64,000 nt of DNA from the NCBI GenBank assembly GCA_964408485.1, contig CAYOZJ010000003.1:65290-129289 (forward strand), written 5' to 3'. Shown here in pieces: positions 37,257 to 48,416 of the stretch. Every line of letters begins with the position of its first letter. The first letter of the stretch is position 1. The position numbers and the translations under genes were made by a program. The notes under the pieces were generated by a model. It was not told where the DNA came from. It saw nothing but the letters and a program-made list of their open reading frames with translations, and made no database searches. This stretch comes from an uncultured Gammaproteobacteria bacterium. Lineage in GTDB: Bacteria > Patescibacteriota > Microgenomatia > Levybacterales > UBA12049.

Positions 37257-37979
37257 ATGCAAAAGCAATTATCAATTATTATTCCTGTTTACCGGGAAGA
37301 AGAAAATATTCAAATAACCCTTGAAAGGATTGAAAAAAAGGTACGGACTCCACATGAGATTCTTCTTATTTATCATTATAAATCAGATCCGACTGTTGCT
37401 GTAATAAAAGCGTACATGAAACATCACAAAAATATTTCCATTCACCTTCTTCAGAATGCAGACAAAAGCAATAATCGCGTCATGAAGTCTATTAAAAAAG
37501 GATTTAGTCACGCAAAAGGAAAAGCAGTTGTTGTCCTTATGGCAGATTTATCTGATGATATATCTCAGATTGACAGAATGTTTCGACTCTTTACCAAAGG
37601 GTACGATATTGTGTGCGCATCTAGGTACATGAAAGGCGGTAAGAAAATCGGTGGACCATTTGTGAAGACGATTCTTTCCAAGGCTGCAGGATTATCTCTT
37701 CATTATTTTTTTCACATCCCAACACATGATGCAACAAATGCCTTTAAGTTATATAACAGAAAAATTTTTACCCAGATAACTATTGAAAGCGTTGGAGGAT
37801 TTGAGTATTCATTAGAAATTATCTTGAAAGCACATACGTTGGGCTTTTCTATTACAGAAATTCCAACGACTTGGAAAGACAGAATGAATGGGTCATCAAA
37901 TTTTAAAATTCTTGCATGGATTCCCGAGTATAGTAAGTGGTATATACGGTCGTTTAGATTATTTCTTGCAAAGAGATGA
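37257..37979 (+). CDS. glycosyltransferase family 2, polyprenyl-phosphate sugar synthase (DPM1/GtrB-like)
   Basis: LSIIIPVYREEENI, VVLMADLSDD (DxD) and the short single-domain architecture of Dpm1-like enzymes. Confidence 0.75.
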   Translation: MQKQLSIIIPVYREEENIQITLERIEKKVRTPHEILLIYHYKSDPTVAVIKAYMKHHKNISIHLLQNADKSNNRVMKSIKKGFSHAKGKAVVVLMADLSDDISQIDRMFRLFTKGYDIVCASRYMKGGKKIGGPFVKTILSKAAGLSLHYFFHIPTHDATNAFKLYNRKIFTQITIESVGGFEYSLEIILKAHTLGFSITEIPTTWKDRMNGSSNFKILAWIPEYSKWYIRSFRLFLAKR

Positions 37980-39115
37980 GTATGAAAAAATTAGCAATTG
38001 TTCGAGGAAAGTTTTTGAATGCATATGAAATGCAGATTTTTGAGCCACTGCATAAGAAATATGACATTACTGCCTTTGGCTCAAAGACCGCTTATCATAG
38101 TACGTTTGCTTTTCCAACCGTACAACTTGCAAGTCCCATGGATATTTCTGACTTCCCTTTTAAAATGCCTGTTTTAAATAGAGCATTTATTGACGCGCAC
38201 TACTTATATGGTCTGGAAGAGAAACTACGGGGATTCGATATTGTCCATAGTGCTGAGACATATTTTAATTACACCCAACAAGCGATTAATGCGAGAGAAA
38301 AAGGATATGTTAAACGTGTAGTTGCAACGATTTTGGAAAACATACCTTTTAATAATGAAGGGATTTGGGGAAGAACATATTTTAAGAAAAGAGCGCGAGA
38401 AAAATTAGATCACATGATTGCACTTACAAAAAGAACACGGGATACGCTTATCTTGGAAGGTGCAGATCCAGAAAAGATTACCGTTATTTCCCATGGAATT
38501 GATACAAAACGTTTTACGCCAGGAAAAAATTGGTTGCGAAACGAAGGAGGTAAAAGAAAATTTACCATCCTTTTCTCAGGAAGATTTGAAATATATAAGG
38601 GAGTCCAAGAAATTCTTTATGCAGCAAAACTTCTTTTAGAAGACAAAAGTCTTTCACAATTTGACTTGCGGTTTGTCTTGGTTGGTGAGGGGAGTGAAAG
38701 AGAGAATATGTATGACTTGGAGAAAAAATTGGAAATAAAGCGATTTGTTAGTCATAAAAGTGTTACCTATACGCAAATGCCAGATATATATAGGAGTGCA
38801 GATCTTTTTTGGGCACCCAGTAAGCCAACAGTAACGTATCAAGAACAATACTGCACAGCGCTTTTGGAGGCACAAGCAGCAGGACTCCCTATTGTCACAA
38901 CTTTCTCTGGGGGAATACCCGAAAACGTAGGAGATGTAGCACAAATTATTGGCCCTGGAGATTTTTACTCACTTAAGGAGGCAATGAAAAAGTTTATTCT
39001 TAGTCCAAAGCTTCGTATCGCATATGCCAAGCGTGCGCGGAAGCGGGCAGAGATGGTCCATGATACAAGAATTATTGCAAAGCAACTTGACAATTTATAC
39101 AAAAAACTATTATGA
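37976..39115 (+). CDS. glycosyltransferase family 4 (GT-B)
   Basis: C-terminal LLEAQAAGLPIVTTFSGGIPENV (E-x7-E). Confidence 0.75.
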   Translation: MSMKKLAIVRGKFLNAYEMQIFEPLHKKYDITAFGSKTAYHSTFAFPTVQLASPMDISDFPFKMPVLNRAFIDAHYLYGLEEKLRGFDIVHSAETYFNYTQQAINAREKGYVKRVVATILENIPFNNEGIWGRTYFKKRAREKLDHMIALTKRTRDTLILEGADPEKITVISHGIDTKRFTPGKNWLRNEGGKRKFTILFSGRFEIYKGVQEILYAAKLLLEDKSLSQFDLRFVLVGEGSERENMYDLEKKLEIKRFVSHKSVTYTQMPDIYRSADLFWAPSKPTVTYQEQYCTALLEAQAAGLPIVTTFSGGIPENVGDVAQIIGPGDFYSLKEAMKKFILSPKLRIAYAKRARKRAEMVHDTRIIAKQLDNLYKKLL

Positions 39116-41349
39116 AGTTTTTGAAAAATTATTATCCAATTATTTTTCTTGGGCTTATTACCTGCATCCTTTTTTATAAAATACTTTTCTTTGGGCAAAT
39201 AATGTACGGAGCATTTGATAATTTTGATTATGTTACTCCGCTAAAATATTTTCTTGTTAATGAAATTCACCACGGAAATTTTCCTCTTTGGAATCCGTAT
39301 ATAGATATCGGAGTACCCTATCTTGCCGACATGACCATTGGGACATTTAGTATTTTTAATGTATTTTATTTTCTTTTTCCTGTTCCCTATGCAGTAGGAG
39401 TTATTGCTGCCATAGGAATATTCTTGCTGTCATTTTTTCACTATCTCTATTTACGCGCTCTTACTATATCGAAAATAGGAAGTCTTTTTGGCGCGATGGT
39501 ACTGGCACTCAGTGGAACAATTTTCCAGATTACTGGTGCTGTTGATACGCTTCCTGTTGTTGTCTATATTCCACTTATTTTTTTAGCCCTTCATCTATTT
39601 GTTATGAAAAAACAACTAAAATATTTGTTGTTATTAATTCTTTTCCAGACACTACAGATCCTTGCCGGACATCCACGGCCAACGTATTACACTATTCTTT
39701 TTGTTGCGTCATTTCTTTTATTTTGGAGCTCTTTCCAACTCAAGAAAAGATTAGTAATAATTGTCACCTATATAGTTGGTTTTCTTTCTCTATCCGCAGT
39801 GCAGCTCATGCCACTTATTGAAGGAGTTTTTCATTCAACGCGTCCTCTGTCCAGCATAGCGTACGCAAGTTCAGGAAATTTAACACCTGCGCATCTTCTG
39901 ACGTTTCTTTTTCCCACATTTTTTGGGTCTCATATGTATGGAACATGGTGGGGTCCACAAATTGAATTATATGGGTATTTGAGTGTTCCGGGTTTAATCT
40001 TTTTAGTCTACGGGATAGTAAAAGGGAAAGTCATTCATAAATCATTTTATCTTGTTTCACTCTTTCTTGCATTTTTTCTCGCACTTGGGAAAATTTCTCC
40101 TCTCTATGTTTTGTTTTATTACATAATTCCTGGATGGAAACAATTTCGTGATCCAATAGACATTCTCATTTTATTTATGATTTTTGCGAGTATTCTTATT
40201 GCAGCAGGATTTGATTACGCTATTAAAAATTCACGCAAGAGTTTTGTCAGAGCAAAAAAAGTACTTCCTGTAGCACTTGGTAGCACTGTTTTACTACTTG
40301 GATGGTACGTAGTGTCTGCAAGATCAAATTTTTGGAGTAATTTTTTGAATGGGTTGTACAAGACGTATCACATACACGTGTTAGGAAAACTGCTTATTTA
40401 TGACAGCAATAAATTACAAGTGATTTTTTCGGGAATCACCCAAAATGTGTTACTTTTTTTCTTTTTTTGGGCTGTGACAGCGGGAATCTTTGTACTTTTT
40501 TCAAGAAGAAAGAGTCTATTAGCATGGAGCTTTCTTTTATTCACAACGGCAGTATTTATTTATTTTGATAGCAGTATTGTAATGGTATCGTCAGCAAATC
40601 TTTACAAAACAACAAATCCTACGCGTAGTCTTACAGATGTTGCGAGTGGAAGCTATAGAATTCTTTCATTGCCCATTGACCTTCATCAGAATAGAAGAAG
40701 TCTCGCTATACCTGATTTTTTCTATAAGGAGTCTCAAGCAAAGCTATCAACCCTTCAGGCAAATTTCAATAGTATGTCTGGTATGTATCAAATAAGAGGA
40801 TTTACCACACTTACTCCCGGATCATTTGCAAAATTTATTCAAGAAAATCCCAAAAATATTATTGACATTGATTTCTCACACGTGACGGAGGAGCAGCTCA
40901 ATGAAACAAGTGTTAAATATATAATTTCCTATGATAGATTGTCTTCATTTTCCAATCATTTTTCTCCTATTTTAGAGAAACCTCATGCATATTATGTGTA
41001 TGAAAATCCTTCTGCATATAAAAGAGCGTATCTTCTGCATAATCCTTTAAAAGATCTAACAATAACATCAATTGATACACAGAAAATAAAAGTTGACGTT
41101 ACCTCGCCTTCCTCAGATAATCTTATTGTTACCGATTGGTACTATCCTGGATGGAGGGCAACGGTAAATGGTAGTAGTGTGGTCATTAAAGAGTATCACG
41201 GGACATTCCAGATGGTTGCAATTCCAAAAGGAAAATCCGTTGTTGTCCTGACCTACCAGTCCATACCATTTACCATAGGTCTTTGGATAACGATATTGTC
41301 CTTAGGATTAGGATGTGTTCTCTTTCTAGTAAGGAACAAGCACATATGA
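39112..41349 (+). CDS. YfhO-family membrane protein (putative glycosyltransferase)
   Basis: YfhO N-terminal signature FPLWNPYIDIGVPYLAD, about 14 TM helices, large C-terminal extracytoplasmic domain. Confidence 0.7.
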   Translation: MKFLKNYYPIIFLGLITCILFYKILFFGQIMYGAFDNFDYVTPLKYFLVNEIHHGNFPLWNPYIDIGVPYLADMTIGTFSIFNVFYFLFPVPYAVGVIAAIGIFLLSFFHYLYLRALTISKIGSLFGAMVLALSGTIFQITGAVDTLPVVVYIPLIFLALHLFVMKKQLKYLLLLILFQTLQILAGHPRPTYYTILFVASFLLFWSSFQLKKRLVIIVTYIVGFLSLSAVQLMPLIEGVFHSTRPLSSIAYASSGNLTPAHLLTFLFPTFFGSHMYGTWWGPQIELYGYLSVPGLIFLVYGIVKGKVIHKSFYLVSLFLAFFLALGKISPLYVLFYYIIPGWKQFRDPIDILILFMIFASILIAAGFDYAIKNSRKSFVRAKKVLPVALGSTVLLLGWYVVSARSNFWSNFLNGLYKTYHIHVLGKLLIYDSNKLQVIFSGITQNVLLFFFFWAVTAGIFVLFSRRKSLLAWSFLLFTTAVFIYFDSSIVMVSSANLYKTTNPTRSLTDVASGSYRILSLPIDLHQNRRSLAIPDFFYKESQAKLSTLQANFNSMSGMYQIRGFTTLTPGSFAKFIQENPKNIIDIDFSHVTEEQLNETSVKYIISYDRLSSFSNHFSPILEKPHAYYVYENPSAYKRAYLLHNPLKDLTITSIDTQKIKVDVTSPSSDNLIVTDWYYPGWRATVNGSSVVIKEYHGTFQMVAIPKGKSVVVLTYQSIPFTIGLWITILSLGLGCVLFLVRNKHI

Positions 41350-43538
41350 ATACAAAAGTAATTAGAAACTTGTTTTACCATATTTGGCCATTTTTATTTT
41401 TGGGACTTCTGTTAGTTATTTTATTTTGGCAGGTATTTTTTAAGGGATACGTATTTATTGATGGCGATAATTTTCATCTCAATATTCCCCTTAAGTATTT
41501 TTTGGTCGATGCGCTCAGTCATGGCTATTTCCCTTTTTGGAATCCCTATGTACTTGGAGGTATGCCATATGCTGCAGTTATCAATCTTGCAGTCTTTAAC
41601 TGGTTGAATGTGTTGTATGTTTTCTTTCCCGTTCCAAGAGCACTAACGGTGCAAGTAATAGTTGATTTGTTTCTTATTGGTAGCTTTCACTTTCTTTTTC
41701 TGCGAAGTAAGCAGATGTCCAAAGTGGTTAGCCTTATTGGTGGAGTTATCTTTATGCTTTCAGGAACAGTATTTGCATTTGTAGATCATGTAGCAATTTT
41801 GGATACGATTGTGTACATACCAGTCCTTTTTTTGCTATTTGGCTTGTTTTTTAGGAAAAATAAATTGCGGTTTCTATTCCTGGGAATCCTAGCTCAATTT
41901 CTTCAAATTCTTTCAGGTCACCCTCAGATAACCTATTACACGATATTTTTTATTCTCTTGTATATACTATTTCAAAGACAATTGTCACTAGGGATGAGAC
42001 TGAAATATGGTTTGGTCTATATACTTTTTTCCATTGGACTCGCATCTTTTCAATTAGTTCCTTTTGTTGAATTGGTGCTTCGTGCAAATAGACCTGTGGG
42101 ATCTTTATCATATGCAACTTCTGGTAGTTTTGATTTTGCTCATCTCCTCACAATTTTCTTTCCAACCTTTTTTGGTACGAAATTGTTAGGTAATTGGTGG
42201 GGAAGTCAAACAATGTTGGTCGGATATATAGGTGTAGCTCCGTTACTATTTCTCTTTCTTGGAATCAGGTATGCAAAATTTAGAGAAAAGACGTATTTCC
42301 TTTTTGGTCTTATTCTTTCATTTGTATTATCACTGGGAAAAGTTGGTCTTATTTATTTTTTGTTTTATTTTTTTGTTCCAGGATGGTCGTCTTTCCGATC
42401 ACCCTTTGATCTTTTCATTTTTACGACATTTTTTGCCACACTATTTGTTGCCCAAGGATTAGAGATAGCTATCAAAAAGAATAATTCATTTAACTTTCTT
42501 GGTAAAAAAATAGGTATTGTTTCCTCGATCCTACTTGCTTTTTCAATACTTATTTTAGTGTTAACGAATACAGTTACTTCATGGACACGTATAGGTATAT
42601 TCCTGTCTGCGTATCAGGTACCAGTTGTTAGCAAAATACTTTTCTATGATCCCTCCAAAATTCAGGAGGTAGCAACATGGATAAATGGCAATGTGGGCTT
42701 TTTCCTTCTATTTACTTTTCTTACAGGTTGTATTATTTGGAAATTCCTAAAATACAAAATAGTTAGCTTTATATTCCTTGTATGTATTGCGATAAATTTA
42801 CTTATCATAAATTTTTCCTATCTTCAGTTTGCTCCTCTAAAGTTTTATAACAGAATTCTTCCCTCATCTCTATATGCTTCCAAAAGTGGTATGTATAGAG
42901 TCTTTGCAAAAGAAACGAGCGTAAAACAGGATAGAAAATTTCTCCCAGGACCTAACTTTTTTTATGATGAAGGAGAGCGTAACATGATTGGCATTACGGA
43001 TAATAGGGCAGTGCCACTAAAAATATATTCAATAACCGGATATTCATCTCTTATTCTCAAAAATTATGCAGCTTTTCTCTCAAGCGAAAATATTACCGGA
43101 ATCACTCAATCATCCATTACAAGTCAAATGCTAAATGAATTAGGAGCAAAATATATCCTTAATGTAAATCCAGATGCTTCACTTTCTGTTACAGAGAATT
43201 CGTCTGCACTGCCAAGAGTAAGACTTTTGGATACGAATGGTATGGTACGTATTTTGCAAATGAAACCAAATAGCATTACCCTTTCTGTACAATCAAAGAA
43301 AGAAAATACTGTTATTCTTGCAGACTCGTATTATCCTGGATGGAAAGCGTATGTAAATGGAAAAGAGATGATAATACAAACCTATCATCATATGTTTAGG
43401 TCTGTGTCAGTCCCGAGTGGTTTTTCGACAGTTATTTTTGTGTATGATCCACTGAGCTGGAAAGTAGGTTTGGCGCTTTTTTTCTTTTTTCTTGCTGTAC
43501 TTGGGATTAGTATATATCGATTTAAAAAATATGTATAA
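41346..43538 (+). CDS. YfhO-family membrane protein, tandem paralog
   Basis: FPFWNPYVLGGMPYAA; same architecture as the upstream gene; ATGA overlap. Confidence 0.7.
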   Translation: MNTKVIRNLFYHIWPFLFLGLLLVILFWQVFFKGYVFIDGDNFHLNIPLKYFLVDALSHGYFPFWNPYVLGGMPYAAVINLAVFNWLNVLYVFFPVPRALTVQVIVDLFLIGSFHFLFLRSKQMSKVVSLIGGVIFMLSGTVFAFVDHVAILDTIVYIPVLFLLFGLFFRKNKLRFLFLGILAQFLQILSGHPQITYYTIFFILLYILFQRQLSLGMRLKYGLVYILFSIGLASFQLVPFVELVLRANRPVGSLSYATSGSFDFAHLLTIFFPTFFGTKLLGNWWGSQTMLVGYIGVAPLLFLFLGIRYAKFREKTYFLFGLILSFVLSLGKVGLIYFLFYFFVPGWSSFRSPFDLFIFTTFFATLFVAQGLEIAIKKNNSFNFLGKKIGIVSSILLAFSILILVLTNTVTSWTRIGIFLSAYQVPVVSKILFYDPSKIQEVATWINGNVGFFLLFTFLTGCIIWKFLKYKIVSFIFLVCIAINLLIINFSYLQFAPLKFYNRILPSSLYASKSGMYRVFAKETSVKQDRKFLPGPNFFYDEGERNMIGITDNRAVPLKIYSITGYSSLILKNYAAFLSSENITGITQSSITSQMLNELGAKYILNVNPDASLSVTENSSALPRVRLLDTNGMVRILQMKPNSITLSVQSKKENTVILADSYYPGWKAYVNGKEMIIQTYHHMFRSVSVPSGFSTVIFVYDPLSWKVGLALFFFFLAVLGISIYRFKKYV

Positions 43539-45144
43539 GACGTTTAAAAACAATTTTTTTCTATTACTTTTTCTTATTATTTTTCTTGTTATTTCAGTAG
43601 CGAGTATTTTTAGACAATCATTAGGCTTCGATGAAATAGTTGACTTGCAAGAGGGGAGAAATGCAATTCTTTATCATACATTTAATATCGATCCATACAA
43701 CACACCGCTTACCCGTGAAATTGGTGTATTGCCATATGTTTTTACAAAGGATTTTTACAAAAGCGAGAGGTATGTTTTGGATAATCCACTTCCTGGAAGA
43801 TTGGGAATTACTATTTTAGGAGCTTTGCTCTTAGTGAGTACATATTTTTTTACTAAAAAGTTTTTTGGTAAATCTGTTGCAATCTTTGCTACATTTCTCC
43901 TTACTTTTGAGCCAACATTCCTGGCAAATAGTCATTTACTCACTATGGATACAAGTGCTACTTTATTTTTTCTTTTAAGTATTTGGATGGCCATTAATTT
44001 TTTAGAAAAACCAACGAAAAAAAATCTATTCTTTCTTGGCGTTGCTATTGGTCTAGGATGCGCAAGTAAAATATCATTCATTCCCTTTTTTGCTGTTTCG
44101 ATACTTGGTATCTTTGTGTATCGATATATAAAAACAAAAAAACATACTCCAATTAAATTTTGGAATACATTGTCTTTGGTAGTAATAATACTCATAACAA
44201 TTTGGTCAACATACTTTTTTAATTGGCATGTAGTAATAAAGGAAAGAACCGACTCAAATAGAGTGTCAGAAAAAATTCTTACCTATTCTAAGGAGCACAA
44301 TGTACCTGTCTTTGCGACCCTTGTTACATTTGGGAAAACGCAGCCTATTCCGCTCGGGGATTTTTTAGCAACAATTAAAAATAATGCGTTGCGAAGTAGT
44401 GCACCAAAGTGTTTTTTCTTGGGAACATACTATGCTTCGTGCAAATGGTATTTTATTCTTATTAATTTTCTTTTAAAGATTCCAATCATCTTTATTATTC
44501 TTATTATTAGTAGCATAGGTACATTACATGTATCAAAAAACAAAAATCTTTATATTATAGGTATTCCTATTATTGCTCTTTTTGTTATTGCTATGGCTAC
44601 TGATAAAGTGTATCCATTTGTCAGATACCTTCTCCCCATGTATCCTTTTCTTGCAATACTCAGTGCAATAACATGGCCGTTGTGGCAGAAAAAAATAGGG
44701 ACAAAAATACTTCTTGCTGGATTATGCTTGTGGTATGTTGTCTCAACATTTTTTACCTTCCCCAATTTCTTAGGGTATGCAAATGAGTTTGCCGGTAATC
44801 CAAACGCGCGGTACCTTATCCTTACAGACAATAATTTGGATTGGGGACAGAATTTACCAGCAGTTAAGAAATATATTGACGAAAATAGGCCTCATATGGT
44901 TAGATTTTCATACTTTGGTCGAGATAACGCAGATTTGTACGGGTTGCAAAGTACCATGCCATACGGAAGTTATAAAAATAATGAAATTTGTGAATTCCAC
45001 GCAATACTGACTTCTCATAATACGGGTAAAGACATTACTATCATAAGCTCTTCTAATTGGTGGTTTTGTGGATATTACAAACAAAAACAATTTGCAAAAA
45101 ATAACATTAAAGATGTGATTGCTCAGACAATACTCGTTTTTTAA
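43531..45144 (+). CDS. GT-C membrane glycosyltransferase (GT39/ArnT/PMT-like)
   Basis: PMT_2-like region FFTKKFFGKSVAIFATFLLTFEPTFLANSHLLTMDT; multiple TM helices; start at MYKTFKNNFF overlaps the upstream stop. Confidence 0.55.
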   Translation: MYKTFKNNFFLLLFLIIFLVISVASIFRQSLGFDEIVDLQEGRNAILYHTFNIDPYNTPLTREIGVLPYVFTKDFYKSERYVLDNPLPGRLGITILGALLLVSTYFFTKKFFGKSVAIFATFLLTFEPTFLANSHLLTMDTSATLFFLLSIWMAINFLEKPTKKNLFFLGVAIGLGCASKISFIPFFAVSILGIFVYRYIKTKKHTPIKFWNTLSLVVIILITIWSTYFFNWHVVIKERTDSNRVSEKILTYSKEHNVPVFATLVTFGKTQPIPLGDFLATIKNNALRSSAPKCFFLGTYYASCKWYFILINFLLKIPIIFIILIISSIGTLHVSKNKNLYIIGIPIIALFVIAMATDKVYPFVRYLLPMYPFLAILSAITWPLWQKKIGTKILLAGLCLWYVVSTFFTFPNFLGYANEFAGNPNARYLILTDNNLDWGQNLPAVKKYIDENRPHMVRFSYFGRDNADLYGLQSTMPYGSYKNNEICEFHAILTSHNTGKDITIISSSNWWFCGYYKQKQFAKNNIKDVIAQTILVF

Positions 45145-45145
45145 T

Positions 45146-45979
45146 ATGAAAGTTTTTATTATTATTCTCCATTTCGGTGATATACAAATTACTCAGGAGT
45201 GTGTTGCGAGTTTGTATAAAAATGAGAAATATCCATTCACCATAGTTATTGTGAATAATATGCCAGCTATCTATACGCCAAATACTTTTTCAAAAAGAAG
45301 CGTTGTAGTAATAAATAACAAAAAAAATCTTGGATTCTCTGGTGGAGTAAATGTTGGAATACGCTACGCATTAAAAAATAAAGCAGAAGCAATTTGTCTG
45401 TTGAATAATGATACTCATATTCAAAAACCTTTTCTACAAACGTTGCTTGTTGCATTGCAAGATAAATCAGTTGGAATTGTTGGCCCTGCAATTGAGTTTA
45501 AGAAAAATAAAAAAAGACTTTTTGACATTGGTGGGAAAATAAATAAATTGTTTTTCCGAACGTCGCATACTGAAGTATCAAAGATTACTACTAAAGTCGC
45601 GCATCAGGTCGAATACGTCTCAGGTTGCTGCATGCTTATTAAAAAAGATGTTTTTGCAAAGTCCGGATTATTTGATGAGAAATTCTTTCTTTATTATGAG
45701 GATACAGATTTTTGCTTGAGAGCAAAAAAGAATGGATTGTTTTCGGTTGTTGTTCCATCGGTTGTTATACAACATGAATTAAGTAAGTCTGCGGGAAAAA
45801 TGTCTCAATTGGCAATATTTCACTTGGTCAGAAGTAGTATTATTTTTGGAAAAAAGTATGCAAAGACGCCGTTTCAGAAATTGGCAAATAGAATCTTCAT
45901 TCTTTTCCAATGTGTGCTTTTTTTTAAGGCGAATCCTCATGCAGGAATTGGTATTGCGAAAGCGCTCTTGCATGCGTAG
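45146..45979 (+). CDS. glycosyltransferase family 2
   Basis: FIIILHFGD...YEDTDFCLRAKKNG pattern of WbbL-like GT2 enzymes. Confidence 0.7.
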   Translation: MKVFIIILHFGDIQITQECVASLYKNEKYPFTIVIVNNMPAIYTPNTFSKRSVVVINNKKNLGFSGGVNVGIRYALKNKAEAICLLNNDTHIQKPFLQTLLVALQDKSVGIVGPAIEFKKNKKRLFDIGGKINKLFFRTSHTEVSKITTKVAHQVEYVSGCCMLIKKDVFAKSGLFDEKFFLYYEDTDFCLRAKKNGLFSVVVPSVVIQHELSKSAGKMSQLAIFHLVRSSIIFGKKYAKTPFQKLANRIFILFQCVLFFKANPHAGIGIAKALLHA

Positions 45980-46006
45980 TTAAGTGCTTGTTAGAATAAA
46001 GAAGCA

Positions 46007-46750
46007 ATGAGCATTTCTGCTGTTATCCTTACCCACAACGAAGAGAATAATATTAGTGATTGTCTAAAAAGTCTTTCTTGGTGCGATGAACAGATTGTTG
46101 TTGATGACGATTCAACAGATAAAACAATTGAGATAGCTAAAAAACATGTCGCAACTGTTTACATGCGTGGGCTTGGGGATGATTTTGCAATGCAGCGCAA
46201 TTTTGGATTGGAAAAAGCAAAATATGATTGGATATTATTTGTTGATGCAGACGAGAGAGTGACCACAACGCTTAAAGGCGAGATCCTGAAACAGATTGAG
46301 AATGACAAGGTGAATGGGTACTATATAAAACGGGAAGACACAATGTGGGGGAAAGTCTTCAAACATGGTGAGCAGGGAGAGGTTCAATTACTGAGATTGG
46401 GAAGAAAAGGAAAAGGGAAGTGGACAGGAAAAGTTCATGAGACATGGAGTATAGAAGGTCCAAAAGATAGTCTTGAAAATCCCCTTTCGCACTTCCCTCA
46501 CCCGACTCTTAAAGAGTTTCTCATAAAAATTAATTTTTATTCAACACTTCGTGCGAATGAATTGCATAATCAGGGTGTTAGAGCAAATTGGTTGTCAATT
46601 ATTGCACATCCAAAAGTAAAATTTTTTCAAGACTACTTCGTAAAGTTAGGATTTTTAGATGGGATTGAGGGATTTATCGTTGCAATGCTCATGAGCATGC
46701 ACGCATTTTTGGTGCGAGGGAAATTATGGCAACTAGACAAAAAATCATAA
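46007..46750 (+). CDS. glycosyltransferase family 2 (LPS-core/KdtX-like)
   Basis: MSISAVILTHNEENNISDCLKSL...VVDDDSTDKT...VDADERV. Confidence 0.8.
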   Translation: MSISAVILTHNEENNISDCLKSLSWCDEQIVVDDDSTDKTIEIAKKHVATVYMRGLGDDFAMQRNFGLEKAKYDWILFVDADERVTTTLKGEILKQIENDKVNGYYIKREDTMWGKVFKHGEQGEVQLLRLGRKGKGKWTGKVHETWSIEGPKDSLENPLSHFPHPTLKEFLIKINFYSTLRANELHNQGVRANWLSIIAHPKVKFFQDYFVKLGFLDGIEGFIVAMLMSMHAFLVRGKLWQLDKKS

Positions 46751-46823
46751 GCTTGGCACTTCTTGTGTGGGTCATTTTTGTCCTTTGTAATTATGTGGCA
46801 TTTCTGCTTTGTAGAGGAGGGAT

Positions 46824-48416
46824 ATGTTGGAGATAGCATTTGCCATTGGTATTTTTTCCTATGTTATTTATTTTTTGGGACTTGTTGGACTTTTTTATAA
46901 TCCTATTCTTATTGCAACGACTCTTTTGTATTGGGGGGCATTTTTCTTTTGGAAGAGGCATAGAATCTGGGACATACTTAAGAGAGGTATATTTTTTGTA
47001 AAAAAGCCATTCGCATTTCTTGCTGTAGGGTATATTTTTCTTCAGGCCATTATTAATGTAATTGGACTTTTTGGTCCTGAAATTGGATTTGACGCGACAT
47101 GGTATCACTTAACGCTTCCTAAGTTATATCTAATGTGGCATAGCATTGTGCATATTCCAGGAGGCGTATTGTATTACTCAGATATGCCCAAGCTTACCGA
47201 AATGTTGTATGCAGTAGGACTTTCTTTTGGAAGTGATTTTTTTGCCCGGGGAATTCATTTTGTCTTTGGTCTTCTCACATGCATTGTTGTCTATAAACTA
47301 GGTCGTAAATTCTTTTCGTGGCAATGGGCTCTCCTTCTTCCAATTATTTTTTACAGTAATTTAGTTGTTGATTGGGAATCAGTGAGTGGATATATTGACT
47401 TGTCACGTACATTCTTCTTCGCAACGTCTCTTTTGGCTTTTTTTACATGGTTTGAGAGAAAAGAAAAGAAATATCTTATTTACTCAGGGATTTTAGTTGG
47501 GTTAACAATTTCAACCAAACTTCTTTCATTGCCTGATATTGCGCTCTATTGTGCAGCACTCCTTTTTATTGATTATAAAACACTCTCTCTTTCAAGAAGA
47601 CTCAAACGAATTGGCACATTTCTTCTGTATGTTTTTCTTTGTCTTTTGCCCTGGATGACTTTTTCTTTTATTCATACTGGCAATCCGATTTACCCAATGA
47701 TTACGTCGTATTATGTGGGTAACTATTGGGCAATTTTGAGTCCGCTCTTTCTCATTATGTCTGTGTGGAATACATTTGCAACGTCATCTGACCCAATAAA
47801 TCCGATCTTTCTTGCATTACTGCCATTTTTTATAATCTATGCAAAAAAGCTGTGGCATCAGGTGCCACTTGTTGTGCTCTTTGCCGTGGGAGGAATTATT
47901 ATTTGGTACATAACGCCCCAAACAGGCGGTGGAAGATATATTCTGCCATATCTTATTCCACTTTCTGTGGTAGGTGTATGGGTAATTCAGCAATTGTCCA
48001 AGAAGTGGCAGAGGGTGTTTATTTTCTTTTTAGCTCTTGTCGCCTGTGTTTCTGTGGGATATAGAGCAATGGCTGCAGAGAAATTTATCCCCCTTTTCTC
48101 AGGGAAGGAAAGCAAAGCAGAATTTATGGCGACTCACTTGCAATACAATTTAGGAGATTTTTATGATACAGATGGGTACTTTGCTCACCATATAAAACCA
48201 ACAGATAGAGTCCTTCTCTATAATTTCCATAATTTATATTATGTAGATTTTTCTTTTGTTGATAGCACGTGGGTTAAAAAAGGTGACACATTCAACTATA
48301 TTGCGGTTCAGGGGAATGGTATGCCAGAGCGATTTATGTATTGGCAACTTGTGTATACGAATCCACTTACGCAGGTGCGGCTATACAATTTTAAAGGACA
48401 AACATGGTATTACTAG
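46824..48416 (+). CDS. GT-C-type polytopic membrane glycosyltransferase (putative)
   Basis: 530 aa, more than 12 TM helices, Asp-containing first loop FGPEIGFDATWYH. Confidence 0.45.
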   Translation: MLEIAFAIGIFSYVIYFLGLVGLFYNPILIATTLLYWGAFFFWKRHRIWDILKRGIFFVKKPFAFLAVGYIFLQAIINVIGLFGPEIGFDATWYHLTLPKLYLMWHSIVHIPGGVLYYSDMPKLTEMLYAVGLSFGSDFFARGIHFVFGLLTCIVVYKLGRKFFSWQWALLLPIIFYSNLVVDWESVSGYIDLSRTFFFATSLLAFFTWFERKEKKYLIYSGILVGLTISTKLLSLPDIALYCAALLFIDYKTLSLSRRLKRIGTFLLYVFLCLLPWMTFSFIHTGNPIYPMITSYYVGNYWAILSPLFLIMSVWNTFATSSDPINPIFLALLPFFIIYAKKLWHQVPLVVLFAVGGIIIWYITPQTGGGRYILPYLIPLSVVGVWVIQQLSKKWQRVFIFFLALVACVSVGYRAMAAEKFIPLFSGKESKAEFMATHLQYNLGDFYDTDGYFAHHIKPTDRVLLYNFHNLYYVDFSFVDSTWVKKGDTFNYIAVQGNGMPERFMYWQLVYTNPLTQVRLYNFKGQTWYY